Source: Aureliella sp. (GTDB lineage: Bacteria > Planctomycetota > Planctomycetia > Pirellulales > Pirellulaceae). Taken from it: a stretch of DNA of 64,000 nt. Shown piece after piece: positions 1-8,586 of the stretch (positions are counted from its first letter, which is position 1; the number at the start of each line of letters is the position of its first letter). The notes below the pieces were generated by a model. The model saw only the letters and a program-made list of their open reading frames with translations, searched no databases and was not told the origin of the DNA. A program made the position numbers and the translations under genes. The DNA lies in the NCBI GenBank assembly GCA_963691875.1, contig OY829846.1, positions 832,001 through 896,000 of the forward strand, read 5' to 3'.

Positions 1-522
1 GATGACCTTTACGCGGCCGCAGTCGATGTCGTGGTTCGCGAAGGTCGGGGGAGCTGTTCGCTCTTGCAGCGTGCCCTTGGAATCGGGTACGGACGCGCGG
101 CTCGATTGATCGACTACATGGCGGAGGATGCAATCGTAGGACAGTACAACGGCTCTCAAGCGCGAGAGGTTTTAATCTCAATCGCGGATTGGGAAGCGAT
201 GCAGGGCGGCGAGAATGATGAAGCTCCGGCGCCATCGCCCGCACCAAAATCTGCTACCGCCCCGCCTCGCCCTGTGCGCAGCAATAAGATTCGTCCTCAC
301 GATCCTCCAGCGGCATCAGAATCTGCAGCATCAATCGAGACCGCAAGTCATGCCGCGGAGTTAACCGAAGCGGAAGATGCGCTGCCGTGGGATAATGCAG
401 ATGCATCAGCTGGCGGAGAAACTGATATCGAGTATGAGGAGGACGAGGTAGAGTACGAAGTGGAATATGAGGAGGGTGAGTACGAGGAAGACGAGGAAGT
501 TGAATACGAAGATGCCGAGTAG
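1..522 (+). CDS. ftsK: DNA translocase FtsK, C-terminal part (gamma domain plus Pro/Ala linker and acidic tail); 5' end lies outside the window
   Basis: Frame open from base 1: DDLYAAAVDVVVREGRGSCSLLQRALGIGYGRAARLIDYMAEDAIVGQYNGSQAREVL matches the FtsK gamma winged-helix consensus (LQR.L.IGY.RAARLID). Confidence 0.93.
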   Translation, partial: DDLYAAAVDVVVREGRGSCSLLQRALGIGYGRAARLIDYMAEDAIVGQYNGSQAREVLISIADWEAMQGGENDEAPAPSPAPKSATAPPRPVRSNKIRPHDPPAASESAASIETASHAAELTEAEDALPWDNADASAGGETDIEYEEDEVEYEVEYEEGEYEEDEEVEYEDAE

Positions 523-759
523 CTTCAGTGAGTTGCATTTTGCACAACTGGCAACGAACGCACAACGGAACAGACAGACTGCAGATTATCCCCTCTTGCA
601 CAGATTCTTTTGACCGTAAAGATTTCACGGGACCGTTCGTAACGGTTGAAAAAGAATTGTTACATTCCGCTGGGCCATTCTCCCTACTTTGAAACATTGA
701 ATTCCCTAGCTGCATGACTAGTATCAGCACGAACATATTACTTGTTCAGAGTTGGTACT

Positions 760-2652
760 ATGGCCGAAAATCGCTCACGAAAGTCTCTAAGTCTCAAGCC
801 CAATATTGAGTCGCTTGAGCATCGCAAACTTCTTGCCGCCGACCTCCAAGTCGATGTTAGTGTCGACGGGTCTTTTGAACAGCCGGCTTTAGTAGCCACC
901 GCAGAAAGCACGACGGTACAATACCATCTCACCAATGCTGGGAATGAAGTATTACGTGATGCTCAGGTCCTAAATACGGCAGCGCACGCCGATGTTGATG
1001 TAGCAGCGACGCCCGTGATGCAAGTCGTGGATGTCCTTGGAGCTGGTCGGCGTGGAAATTTACTGACTTCCTTCGATGGATTGAATGCGCGACGCTTACT
1101 GAATCATCCAGATCGTCCGCTGCTGCTGGCAACACTGGAAGGCAGCAATAGCGTCGCAGTGATCAACACTCGAACTCTTCAAGTCGAACAAAACATCCGC
1201 ATCGGATCGCGGCCGACTGGAATGGCGCTGAGTAACGATGGTAACACTTTGTATGTCGCGAACTCTGGAAGTAACTACATCGGTGTGATTGACCTCGAGT
1301 CGATGCAGGCTAAACCTCGCATTTTTGTGAAGAGCCCGCCAACTGACGTGGAAGTCGCCGCTGATGGCAGCTTGTACGTTCTCACCACAGATAGCCTCAG
1401 CAGAATTGCCCCTGAAAGCGGTCGCGAGCTTTGGGACGGCGGTGCAGCTAGCGGTGGCGAGCTAGCAGTCAATGCAACCAAGGATCGTCTTTACTACGCG
1501 GACTACGGAATCGGTCCTGCAAACTTGCGGCAATACGACATTAGTGGAGATACCCCCGTAGAGCTGTGGCGAACACCTGTGGGAAGCACCAGCGGCGCGA
1601 ATGGGCGAGACTTAGCAATCAGTCATGATGGCTCCTTCGTATCCTTTGCTGCTGAAGAGGGGCAAATTGGCGACAGTATTGCACTGTACAGCTCGCCGCA
1701 GATGGCCATCGAAGGTGTTTTTGAGACAGGCTCTGCACCGAAGGAAGTGACATTCAGCCCGGATGACTCAGTTGCGTACACCGTCGACGAGAGCGGTGAC
1801 ATAAAGTCCTGGGAGACAGAGTTCTTTTCACCGTTAGGCTGTTTCGAAGTTGACGACGAGGCTCAGGAGCTTCTTGTTGATCGAACAGGACAGCTCCTGT
1901 TCGCAGCTTTCGAGGACGGTATTCGTGTCTACACTACGGGACGAGGCTACTTTAATGTAGGCGACACTAATCGAAATCTAGACTTCGACCCAGGGGAAAC
2001 CTGGATGTACGAATCCTCGGTCACCCCGGATCTCGACTTGACCAGAGGCCAAATCCAGGCTCATGCTCAGGGGGAAACGGAAGCTGCAATCGATTCGATT
2101 GATTTTCATATGGTAGGCCTCGCGAAGGTCGAAATGTCGGAAAACCTAATCGGGGCGAAGATCGCTGATGTTCCTCACTGGAGTGTGTACGTCGATAATC
2201 CTCGTTTTGAAATGATTGGGCGCGAACTGAAACTAATCGACGGAGTTTATTTAGACTCACCAGCCGACGATGGCCTCAAACTGCCTCTTCGCTCAACTCA
2301 AACGAATGAAATCATTGGTGGCTACCTGATCACCGTCAACGAAAACGACACACCTTTCCAGAATCAAGCTCTGCCGGCTGACGTAAACCTCGATGGCTTG
2401 ATGACACCGGTTGATGCATTCTTCATCATCGACGAGCTGAACAGCAACGGTGCAGGCGAGCTACCAAGACAAGCCTCTGTTACTGGAACTTTTGTCGACA
2501 GCAATGCCGATGGCTTTGTAACGCCCGTCGATGCATTAATCGTCATCAATGCGATTAATGAGAGCAACAGCGCTCCGAGTGGCGAAGCCTTAGCTGATGT
2601 CGATGCCATGTTCGACCTCGAGTGGCTAGAAGAGCTACGCAAGAAAAAGTAG
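760..2652 (+). CDS. Planctomycete extracellular protein with YVTN/YncE-type beta-propeller and C-terminal dockerin-like domain
   Basis: N-terminal ESLEHRKLLA motif; propeller blades (SNSVAVINT, PTGMALSNDGNTLYVANSGSNYIGVID); paired D(V/S)NxDGxxTPVDA dockerin-like repeats. ATG at 760 preferred over TTG at 742. Confidence 0.8.
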   Translation: MAENRSRKSLSLKPNIESLEHRKLLAADLQVDVSVDGSFEQPALVATAESTTVQYHLTNAGNEVLRDAQVLNTAAHADVDVAATPVMQVVDVLGAGRRGNLLTSFDGLNARRLLNHPDRPLLLATLEGSNSVAVINTRTLQVEQNIRIGSRPTGMALSNDGNTLYVANSGSNYIGVIDLESMQAKPRIFVKSPPTDVEVAADGSLYVLTTDSLSRIAPESGRELWDGGAASGGELAVNATKDRLYYADYGIGPANLRQYDISGDTPVELWRTPVGSTSGANGRDLAISHDGSFVSFAAEEGQIGDSIALYSSPQMAIEGVFETGSAPKEVTFSPDDSVAYTVDESGDIKSWETEFFSPLGCFEVDDEAQELLVDRTGQLLFAAFEDGIRVYTTGRGYFNVGDTNRNLDFDPGETWMYESSVTPDLDLTRGQIQAHAQGETEAAIDSIDFHMVGLAKVEMSENLIGAKIADVPHWSVYVDNPRFEMIGRELKLIDGVYLDSPADDGLKLPLRSTQTNEIIGGYLITVNENDTPFQNQALPADVNLDGLMTPVDAFFIIDELNSNGAGELPRQASVTGTFVDSNADGFVTPVDALIVINAINESNSAPSGEALADVDAMFDLEWLEELRKKK

Positions 2653-3135
2653 TAGCTGCTTCCCCAGGGCAAATTACTCCGGTACTCAAATTGCTGATCT
2701 GACGCTCTCAAGTAACGCCCTAGCGAAGCGGCGAATGCAGGATACACGGTTGCCCGCAAGAACTCTTCACAGCGAGCGAGCTATCCTGCCCTCTCATGCT
2801 GCATACACGCGAAGACCATCTCCTCCCGATGGCCCGCCGCCCAATGCTAGCACCCCACCCCACACGCGCAGCCGACATATTGATCGACGCCTTTTCAAGG
2901 GAAATCGTTGATCATTGCCGCTTGGGGGCTACATCTAAATGAATGCAGCCCCTTGATCCCGCGATCCGCATCCTGCCCAAACTTGAGCCAAATACCAAAT
3001 ACCCTTGACCTTTACACCGGGTTTTCACTAACAAAGCTATCTTTGGAACAGATTTCAAGGCAATAAAAGCTTTGGCCTTGTTCGACGTCGACTTGTCAGC
3101 TTTTTGCCCTCCGTTTTGTCTACCAGAGTTCTGGA

Positions 3136-4587
3136 ATGCGGCTACTATCGCTTAGCATCAGTACTTTTATCCTCGGGATCTACCTTGCGCATTCTTTGTA
3201 CGCGCAAGGGACAGTGTTTCCGCCTTCAACCGGCAATGTCCTTCCCAGTACGCCAGGTGCGGCTGCTCCAGCGATGACACCGCTGGCCCCTGCCGGCGGA
3301 TTCTCCACAACTGCCGCGCCGGTATTCGATCCGTATGCATCGACATCAACATTGCCTTCCATCGGCGGTTCGGGAACCATTTTCCCTGGGCCAGCACCGT
3401 CGGTTCTCCCTACAGCTCCCACAAACCCAAGTGTTCTAGGAATCCCCAACTCCTCTGTACTACCCAGCGGCACCTATGCTCCTCCAGGCTACGGAGCACC
3501 GGGTTACACAGCGCCCGGCTACGGAACGCCGATCGGACCTGCACCGATCACCGGAGGTTACGGTGCTCCGGGAATCTACCCCAGCACTCCCAATTCGCTT
3601 TATCCCGGGATGAACCCTGCCTACGGAAACTATCCACAGCAAGGACCGTTTGGAGGCCTCTTCCCGAATAGCTATAACTCGATTTTCGGGCAATCGGGAA
3701 CAGCCGGTCAAGCATCCGCTTGGAATCCGCAAGGCGCGATATTCAATAACGGATTTGGTGTTGGCAACAATACTCCGGGATTCATACGTCTGTTCCAAGG
3801 CCCAAGGTTCCGTCATGGATACGTATACGGAGGCGGTTCCAACAACGCACTTGCCATCAACGACTCGGATCTATCGTTGGCCTTTGCTTTTCCCAATTTT
3901 CTATTCAGTAATCAACCGCTTTATTTGTTGCCATCATTTTCGTTGCACCAGTGGTCAGGCCCCTTCGCACCAAACACGGCAGACCTGCCAGCTGTCGCCT
4001 ACTCGGCTTTTCTCGATACAGGATGGCGTACTGATCCGCAGCGAATCCTCGGCGCGGAACTCGGAGTGCGTGTTGGGATGTTTACAGACTTCAATACCGC
4101 CAATACGGATAGCATAAGAGTCATGGGACGAGGAATTGGTCAACTCCGGTTAACACCTCGAGCATCCCTGAAATTGGGCGTGATCTACCTTGACCGAAAC
4201 CGTTTTAAACTCTTACCTGCTGGCGGATTGGTTTGGCTACCTCGCCCAACAACACGTCTCGACATCTTTTTTCCTGAACCGAAGCTTTCTAACTATGTTG
4301 CGACCTTCGGAGCACTGGATACTTGGCTGTATGCCTCTGCCGAGTATGGCGGCGGAGCTTGGACGATCAAGCGAGCGGACAACAGCAACGATGAGATTGA
4401 CATCAACGATCTGCGCGTTATGGTCGGCTTTGAGTTTGGCCAAAGTGCTGCGATTCAACAAGGACGCCGCAATGCGTTCGTGGAAATTGGCTACGTCTTC
4501 GACCGCGAAATCAGGTATCAGGCGAACCCTATGGACAATCTTTCTCTCGAAGACTCCATTCTTTTTCGGGCCGGCTTCGGCTATTGA
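3136..4587 (+). CDS. Exported protein: Pro/Gly/Tyr-rich N-terminus plus probable outer-membrane beta-barrel
   Basis: Signal peptide (…SLYAQ); about 190 aa of low-complexity sequence; amphipathic beta-strands; terminal aromatic residue (…FRAGFGY). Confidence 0.65.
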   Translation: MRLLSLSISTFILGIYLAHSLYAQGTVFPPSTGNVLPSTPGAAAPAMTPLAPAGGFSTTAAPVFDPYASTSTLPSIGGSGTIFPGPAPSVLPTAPTNPSVLGIPNSSVLPSGTYAPPGYGAPGYTAPGYGTPIGPAPITGGYGAPGIYPSTPNSLYPGMNPAYGNYPQQGPFGGLFPNSYNSIFGQSGTAGQASAWNPQGAIFNNGFGVGNNTPGFIRLFQGPRFRHGYVYGGGSNNALAINDSDLSLAFAFPNFLFSNQPLYLLPSFSLHQWSGPFAPNTADLPAVAYSAFLDTGWRTDPQRILGAELGVRVGMFTDFNTANTDSIRVMGRGIGQLRLTPRASLKLGVIYLDRNRFKLLPAGGLVWLPRPTTRLDIFFPEPKLSNYVATFGALDTWLYASAEYGGGAWTIKRADNSNDEIDINDLRVMVGFEFGQSAAIQQGRRNAFVEIGYVFDREIRYQANPMDNLSLEDSILFRAGFGY

Positions 4588-4684
4588 TTCTGAGCAGCGT
4601 ACAATGGTGATCCTGCTGCGTTTCCGCCCCGCTTGGTCGACCAGCTCGGCCAATCGCCTCTCTGATTACCACCTGGATTGAGAT

Positions 4685-5488
4685 TTGTTCGGACTGACGC
4701 CAATTGAGATGCTGCTCCTGTTCATTGCAGCGGCTGGTATCGGCGTATCGAAGAGTGGCTTCGCTGGCGTCAGCATGCTCCACGTGCTGCTTTTCGCCGA
4801 AGTCTTTGGAAGCAAACCCTCGACTGGCGCGTTGCTTCCGATGCTTGTTATCGGTGACATCATTGCGATCTTCTTTTTTGGCAAGAAAGTAGATTGGACG
4901 CAAGTACGCAAGCTCCTGCCGGCATCGATGCTAGGAGTCATGGTAGGTGCTCTGGCGATGAACTATCTCAAGGGCCCCATATTCGATTTCGTAGTAGGGC
5001 TCATTATTCTGGTTCTTGCTAGTATGCAAACTGCTCGGACCGTGCAACCTGGTTTTTTCGACAAGCTACCTCACGAGACTAGCTTCGCATTCACTCTTGG
5101 ATTCTTGGCCGGAGTTGCGACGATGATGGCCAATGCGGCTGGACCGATTGTCGCACTCTATTTGCTCGCGGTAGGAATGCCCAAGTTAGAACTTGTCGCT
5201 TGCAGCGCATGGTTCTTCCTGACGATCAACGTGTTCAAGCTGCCGTTCAGTGCATTCATGGGATTGATCACTGTAAAGACTCTAGCGATCAATGTGCTGT
5301 TCGCGCCTGCAATTCTATTAGGGATCTTGCTCGGTCGATGGATGCTGGATCGTATTCCGCAGAAAGCCTTCAACATCTTGCTACTGGGATTTACCTTGAT
5401 CGCGGCTTTGCGATTGCTCGGAGTGTTCAGTTTCTTCATGAGTCTGATTGGATTATCGGGTGAAGCGAATGAAGTCCCAACACTTTGA
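4685..5488 (+). CDS. Sulfite exporter TauE/SafE family membrane protein
   Basis: About 8 hydrophobic segments, GVSKSGFAG motif and GFLAGVATMMANAAGP repeat typical of TauE/SafE (TSUP). Confidence 0.85.
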   Translation: MFGLTPIEMLLLFIAAAGIGVSKSGFAGVSMLHVLLFAEVFGSKPSTGALLPMLVIGDIIAIFFFGKKVDWTQVRKLLPASMLGVMVGALAMNYLKGPIFDFVVGLIILVLASMQTARTVQPGFFDKLPHETSFAFTLGFLAGVATMMANAAGPIVALYLLAVGMPKLELVACSAWFFLTINVFKLPFSAFMGLITVKTLAINVLFAPAILLGILLGRWMLDRIPQKAFNILLLGFTLIAALRLLGVFSFFMSLIGLSGEANEVPTL

Positions 5489-6998
5489 TCTCGTCGTGCT
5501 CGGCAGCGGTTTCTCTGGCTCGCTGCTGGCTTGGATTGTCGCTCATACGGGCCGTCGCGTTTTGCTAGTCGATCCCGTTCCGCACCCACGATTCGCTATT
5601 GGAGAATCCTCAACGCCCCTGGCTGACTTCCTACTCGAGCAAATTGCGGACGAGTTCAAGTTGCCTGAACTAGCCGAGCTAAGCCGTTGGGGAAGGTGGC
5701 AAGAAAAGCATCCGGAACTTCGTGCTGGGAAGAAACGGGGATTCAGCTACTTTCAACATCACGAAGGGAAAGGGTTCTCTGAAAGTGCTTCGCACGAGAA
5801 CAGCTTGCTGGTTTCGGCTAGTACGAGTGATGAACTCAGCGACACTCATTGGCTACGCAGTGATGTAGACCATTGGTTTTACAAGCACGCCCTCGCGGCG
5901 GGAGCAGTTGCATGCTGCCCAGGAAAGGTAACCGAGATTAGCGGACGCGATCCTTGGCGAATTTCTGTTCACAATTTAGACGAGAGCGGTGAGACTGAAA
6001 CCATAGAACTTGTAGCCAAGCAGATTGTCGACGCCTCAGGTGCAGCTGCGGTGATTCCTCAATCTCTCGGTCTCGCTAGACTCGACGCACAGCTTCAGAC
6101 TCGCAGCGGCGCTATCTTCGGCCACTTCGAAGGTGTCGGAAGCATGGATGCCTGGCTTCGCTCCAACGGCGCTAGCACAGCAAGCGATCCATTCTATTCC
6201 GACGACGCGGCGCAGCATCACGTGCTCGACGATGGCTGGATATGGATGCTACGGTTTGCACACGGCGTTACCTCCGTTGGCCGGGTTTGGCACCGCATGC
6301 CGGAACAACTCTGCAACCAGCCACAACAAACCCTCCAAGATCATTGGAGCACCGAAATCTATCGCTGGCCGACAGTTGAATCGTTGCTTAGTAATGCACA
6401 GTTGATCGCACCCGTGAGTCGAAAGCCACCTGGCTACGAGCAACAACCAGGCTTGCAGATCTCCTCACGGACGAGCCGTCTTTGGAGTGAAGCCGCGGGA
6501 GAAGACTGGATGCTGCTTCCAAGCACCGCCGGGATTATCGATCCACTGCACAGCACCGGCATAGCGCATTCGCTTTGGGGCGTTCGCCAAGTTGCCAGAA
6601 TCCTGCTCGATCACCCGAGTGCGATCTCGAGGCCCAATTACTCGGAATCGACCATCAGTGAAGTAAGGTTGATCGATCGGCTCGTTTCAAGCGCGTACGA
6701 ATCGCAACGCCACGGTTTCGACTTATTCTGCGGCGCCAGCTGTTTGTATTTCATTTGCGCAATCGAGTGCGAATCGCAAATGGCTGCCGGAGGACAACTG
6801 CACGACGGATTCTTGTGCTGGCGAAACAACGAGATCCAAGAGATCGTCAAATGGTTCTCTGATCGGGTAGCCAGCGAATCGATTGCTGGCCAAACCCTTC
6901 TTGATGAGCTTCGCAGGCGCGTTGAACCTTGGAATCCCGCCGGACTGCTCGAGCCAGAGCTAAACAATCGCATCGCTCGCTCGGCTGCGGACAAGTAG
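5469..6998 (+). CDS. FAD-dependent halogenase-like protein (tryptophan-halogenase superfamily, PrnC-like)
   Basis: GSGFSG FAD motif, HPRFAIGESSTP, GKKRGF, GWIWMLRF (WxWxI-like) and AGIIDPLHSTG. The start overlaps the end of the TauE gene. Confidence 0.8.
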   Translation: MKSQHFDLVVLGSGFSGSLLAWIVAHTGRRVLLVDPVPHPRFAIGESSTPLADFLLEQIADEFKLPELAELSRWGRWQEKHPELRAGKKRGFSYFQHHEGKGFSESASHENSLLVSASTSDELSDTHWLRSDVDHWFYKHALAAGAVACCPGKVTEISGRDPWRISVHNLDESGETETIELVAKQIVDASGAAAVIPQSLGLARLDAQLQTRSGAIFGHFEGVGSMDAWLRSNGASTASDPFYSDDAAQHHVLDDGWIWMLRFAHGVTSVGRVWHRMPEQLCNQPQQTLQDHWSTEIYRWPTVESLLSNAQLIAPVSRKPPGYEQQPGLQISSRTSRLWSEAAGEDWMLLPSTAGIIDPLHSTGIAHSLWGVRQVARILLDHPSAISRPNYSESTISEVRLIDRLVSSAYESQRHGFDLFCGASCLYFICAIECESQMAAGGQLHDGFLCWRNNEIQEIVKWFSDRVASESIAGQTLLDELRRRVEPWNPAGLLEPELNNRIARSAADK

Positions 6999-7023
6999 AA
7001 AGCCGCTTTTAAACTCTTGAAAC

Positions 7024-8379
7024 CTACTGAGAAGTCGGAGGCTGCCAAGGAACGCGACCTGCCGCCTGAATGTGTCGCTGCAGCGCATTCATCAATTCGT
7101 TGGCGATCTTTCCTTCAGCGGCTTGCGGAGTTTCTTCGAAAAAATCTTCCTCCAAGTTGACAAGCACCATCGGCTCAAAAGGAGAACTCTGCTGAAGCTT
7201 CCACCGCCCCCGACGAATAGCATAGTAACAACGCCCCTGGTAGCGACGATTCCCTTCTCGTCGCATCCATACCAAAGTCCGCTCTTCCGCTTGCGCGCCA
7301 TCCAACCAGCTTGCTTTCAGGCTCACTCCGTCGACCGAGTCAGTAACTTCCGCTCCAGCGATGTCACATAGGGTGGGCAGAAAATCCATGGTGATCCCAA
7401 TGGTGTCAGATTGCCGCGGCTCGATCTCGTTTGGCCACACAACACAAGTCGGCACACGGATGCCACCTTCCCAGTGATCTTGCTTTCCGCCGCGCAACGG
7501 CAAGTTTCGTTGACTATGAGGAATGGAGCCCCCATTATCCGAGGTGAAGATGACAATCGTATCGTCTTCGACTCCGTTTTCTCTGAGCGATTCGAGTACT
7601 CTGCCAACTCCGTGATCGAGATGTTCAATCAAGGCAACATTGCGAGCACGTTTGTCGTCGAGCTGTGGCTCGCGATTCTTGACTTTCGCAAGCCAGTCGG
7701 CGGGTGGCTGAATCGGAAAGTGAGGCGCGTTGTAAGCGAGGTAAAGAAAAAATGGCTGCTCGGACTTACTTTGTTCATCAATGTAATCACAGGCCCACTG
7801 CGAAAACAGATCCGTCGCGTGCCCTTCTGGATCGATCTCCATTTCGTTCAGCCGCATCCAGTTCACGCCACCGCGCCGGTGCGTGTAATAGTCATCCATC
7901 ATGTCGGCCAGAAAGCCATGGAAGTGCTCAAAGCCACGATGATTCGGTACGTTAGGCTTCTTGAAGCCCAAGTGCCACTTGCCAACCATGCCGGTGTTGT
8001 AACCAGTGGCCTTCAAATAATCTGGCAGCGTCTTGGCAGCAGGATCTAGATATCCCCACGAGTTTGCAGCAACCTGACGAATGACTCCCGGCACGCCGGC
8101 CTTGTCTGGATAGCGTCCCGTGAGCAGAGCAGCTCGCGTCGGAGAGCAAACGGTGCAGTTGGCGTAGAACTGATTCAATCGCAACCCGCGACTCATCAAA
8201 CGGTCTAGCTCAGGCGTCTCCATGTCGTCGGCACCGAAACAAGCTAGATCTCCGTATCCCAGATCGTCCACCAAGATCAGCACAATGTTCGGCTGCTTTG
8301 CAAATGCAGGCTGCCCATAGACGGCGAACAAAAGAAAGCAGCAAGCTAAGACGGACATGGTTCGCAATAGATTCGACAT
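7024..8379 (-). CDS. Arylsulfatase (formylglycine-dependent sulfatase)
   Basis: Signal peptide; PNIVLILVDDLGYGD, CSPTRAALLTGRY, GKWHLG, FTSDNG and GGIRVP motifs. Confidence 0.95.
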   Translation of the reverse strand: MSNLLRTMSVLACCFLLFAVYGQPAFAKQPNIVLILVDDLGYGDLACFGADDMETPELDRLMSRGLRLNQFYANCTVCSPTRAALLTGRYPDKAGVPGVIRQVAANSWGYLDPAAKTLPDYLKATGYNTGMVGKWHLGFKKPNVPNHRGFEHFHGFLADMMDDYYTHRRGGVNWMRLNEMEIDPEGHATDLFSQWACDYIDEQSKSEQPFFLYLAYNAPHFPIQPPADWLAKVKNREPQLDDKRARNVALIEHLDHGVGRVLESLRENGVEDDTIVIFTSDNGGSIPHSQRNLPLRGGKQDHWEGGIRVPTCVVWPNEIEPRQSDTIGITMDFLPTLCDIAGAEVTDSVDGVSLKASWLDGAQAEERTLVWMRREGNRRYQGRCYYAIRRGRWKLQQSSPFEPMVLVNLEEDFFEETPQAAEGKIANELMNALQRHIQAAGRVPWQPPTSQ

Positions 8380-8490
8380 GCTGACTCGCAGAAAGAAATG
8401 GGTGACTCTATCAAAGCGTCAATTCTACTCCAATCGCCGCGAGAGAAGTGCCTTAGAACCAAGGGCTGATCAGAGTTTCACATTATCGAA

Positions 8491-8560
8491 GTGAGCCGTA
8501 CGCTCTAGCGTGGGGCTAAACCAAGAAGACGCTGACCCGCGGCTACCGCCGTCGGCGCAC
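8491..8560. repeat. REP-like imperfect inverted repeat (25-nt arms)
   Basis: Left arm gtgagccgtacgctctagcgtgggg matches the reverse complement of right arm cccgcggctaccgccgtcggcgcac at 17/25 positions. Flanked by tttcac…gtgaaa. A related arm lies at 13407. Confidence 0.55.
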
Positions 8561-8586
8561 AGAGTGAAATTTTCATTTACCGTGCC

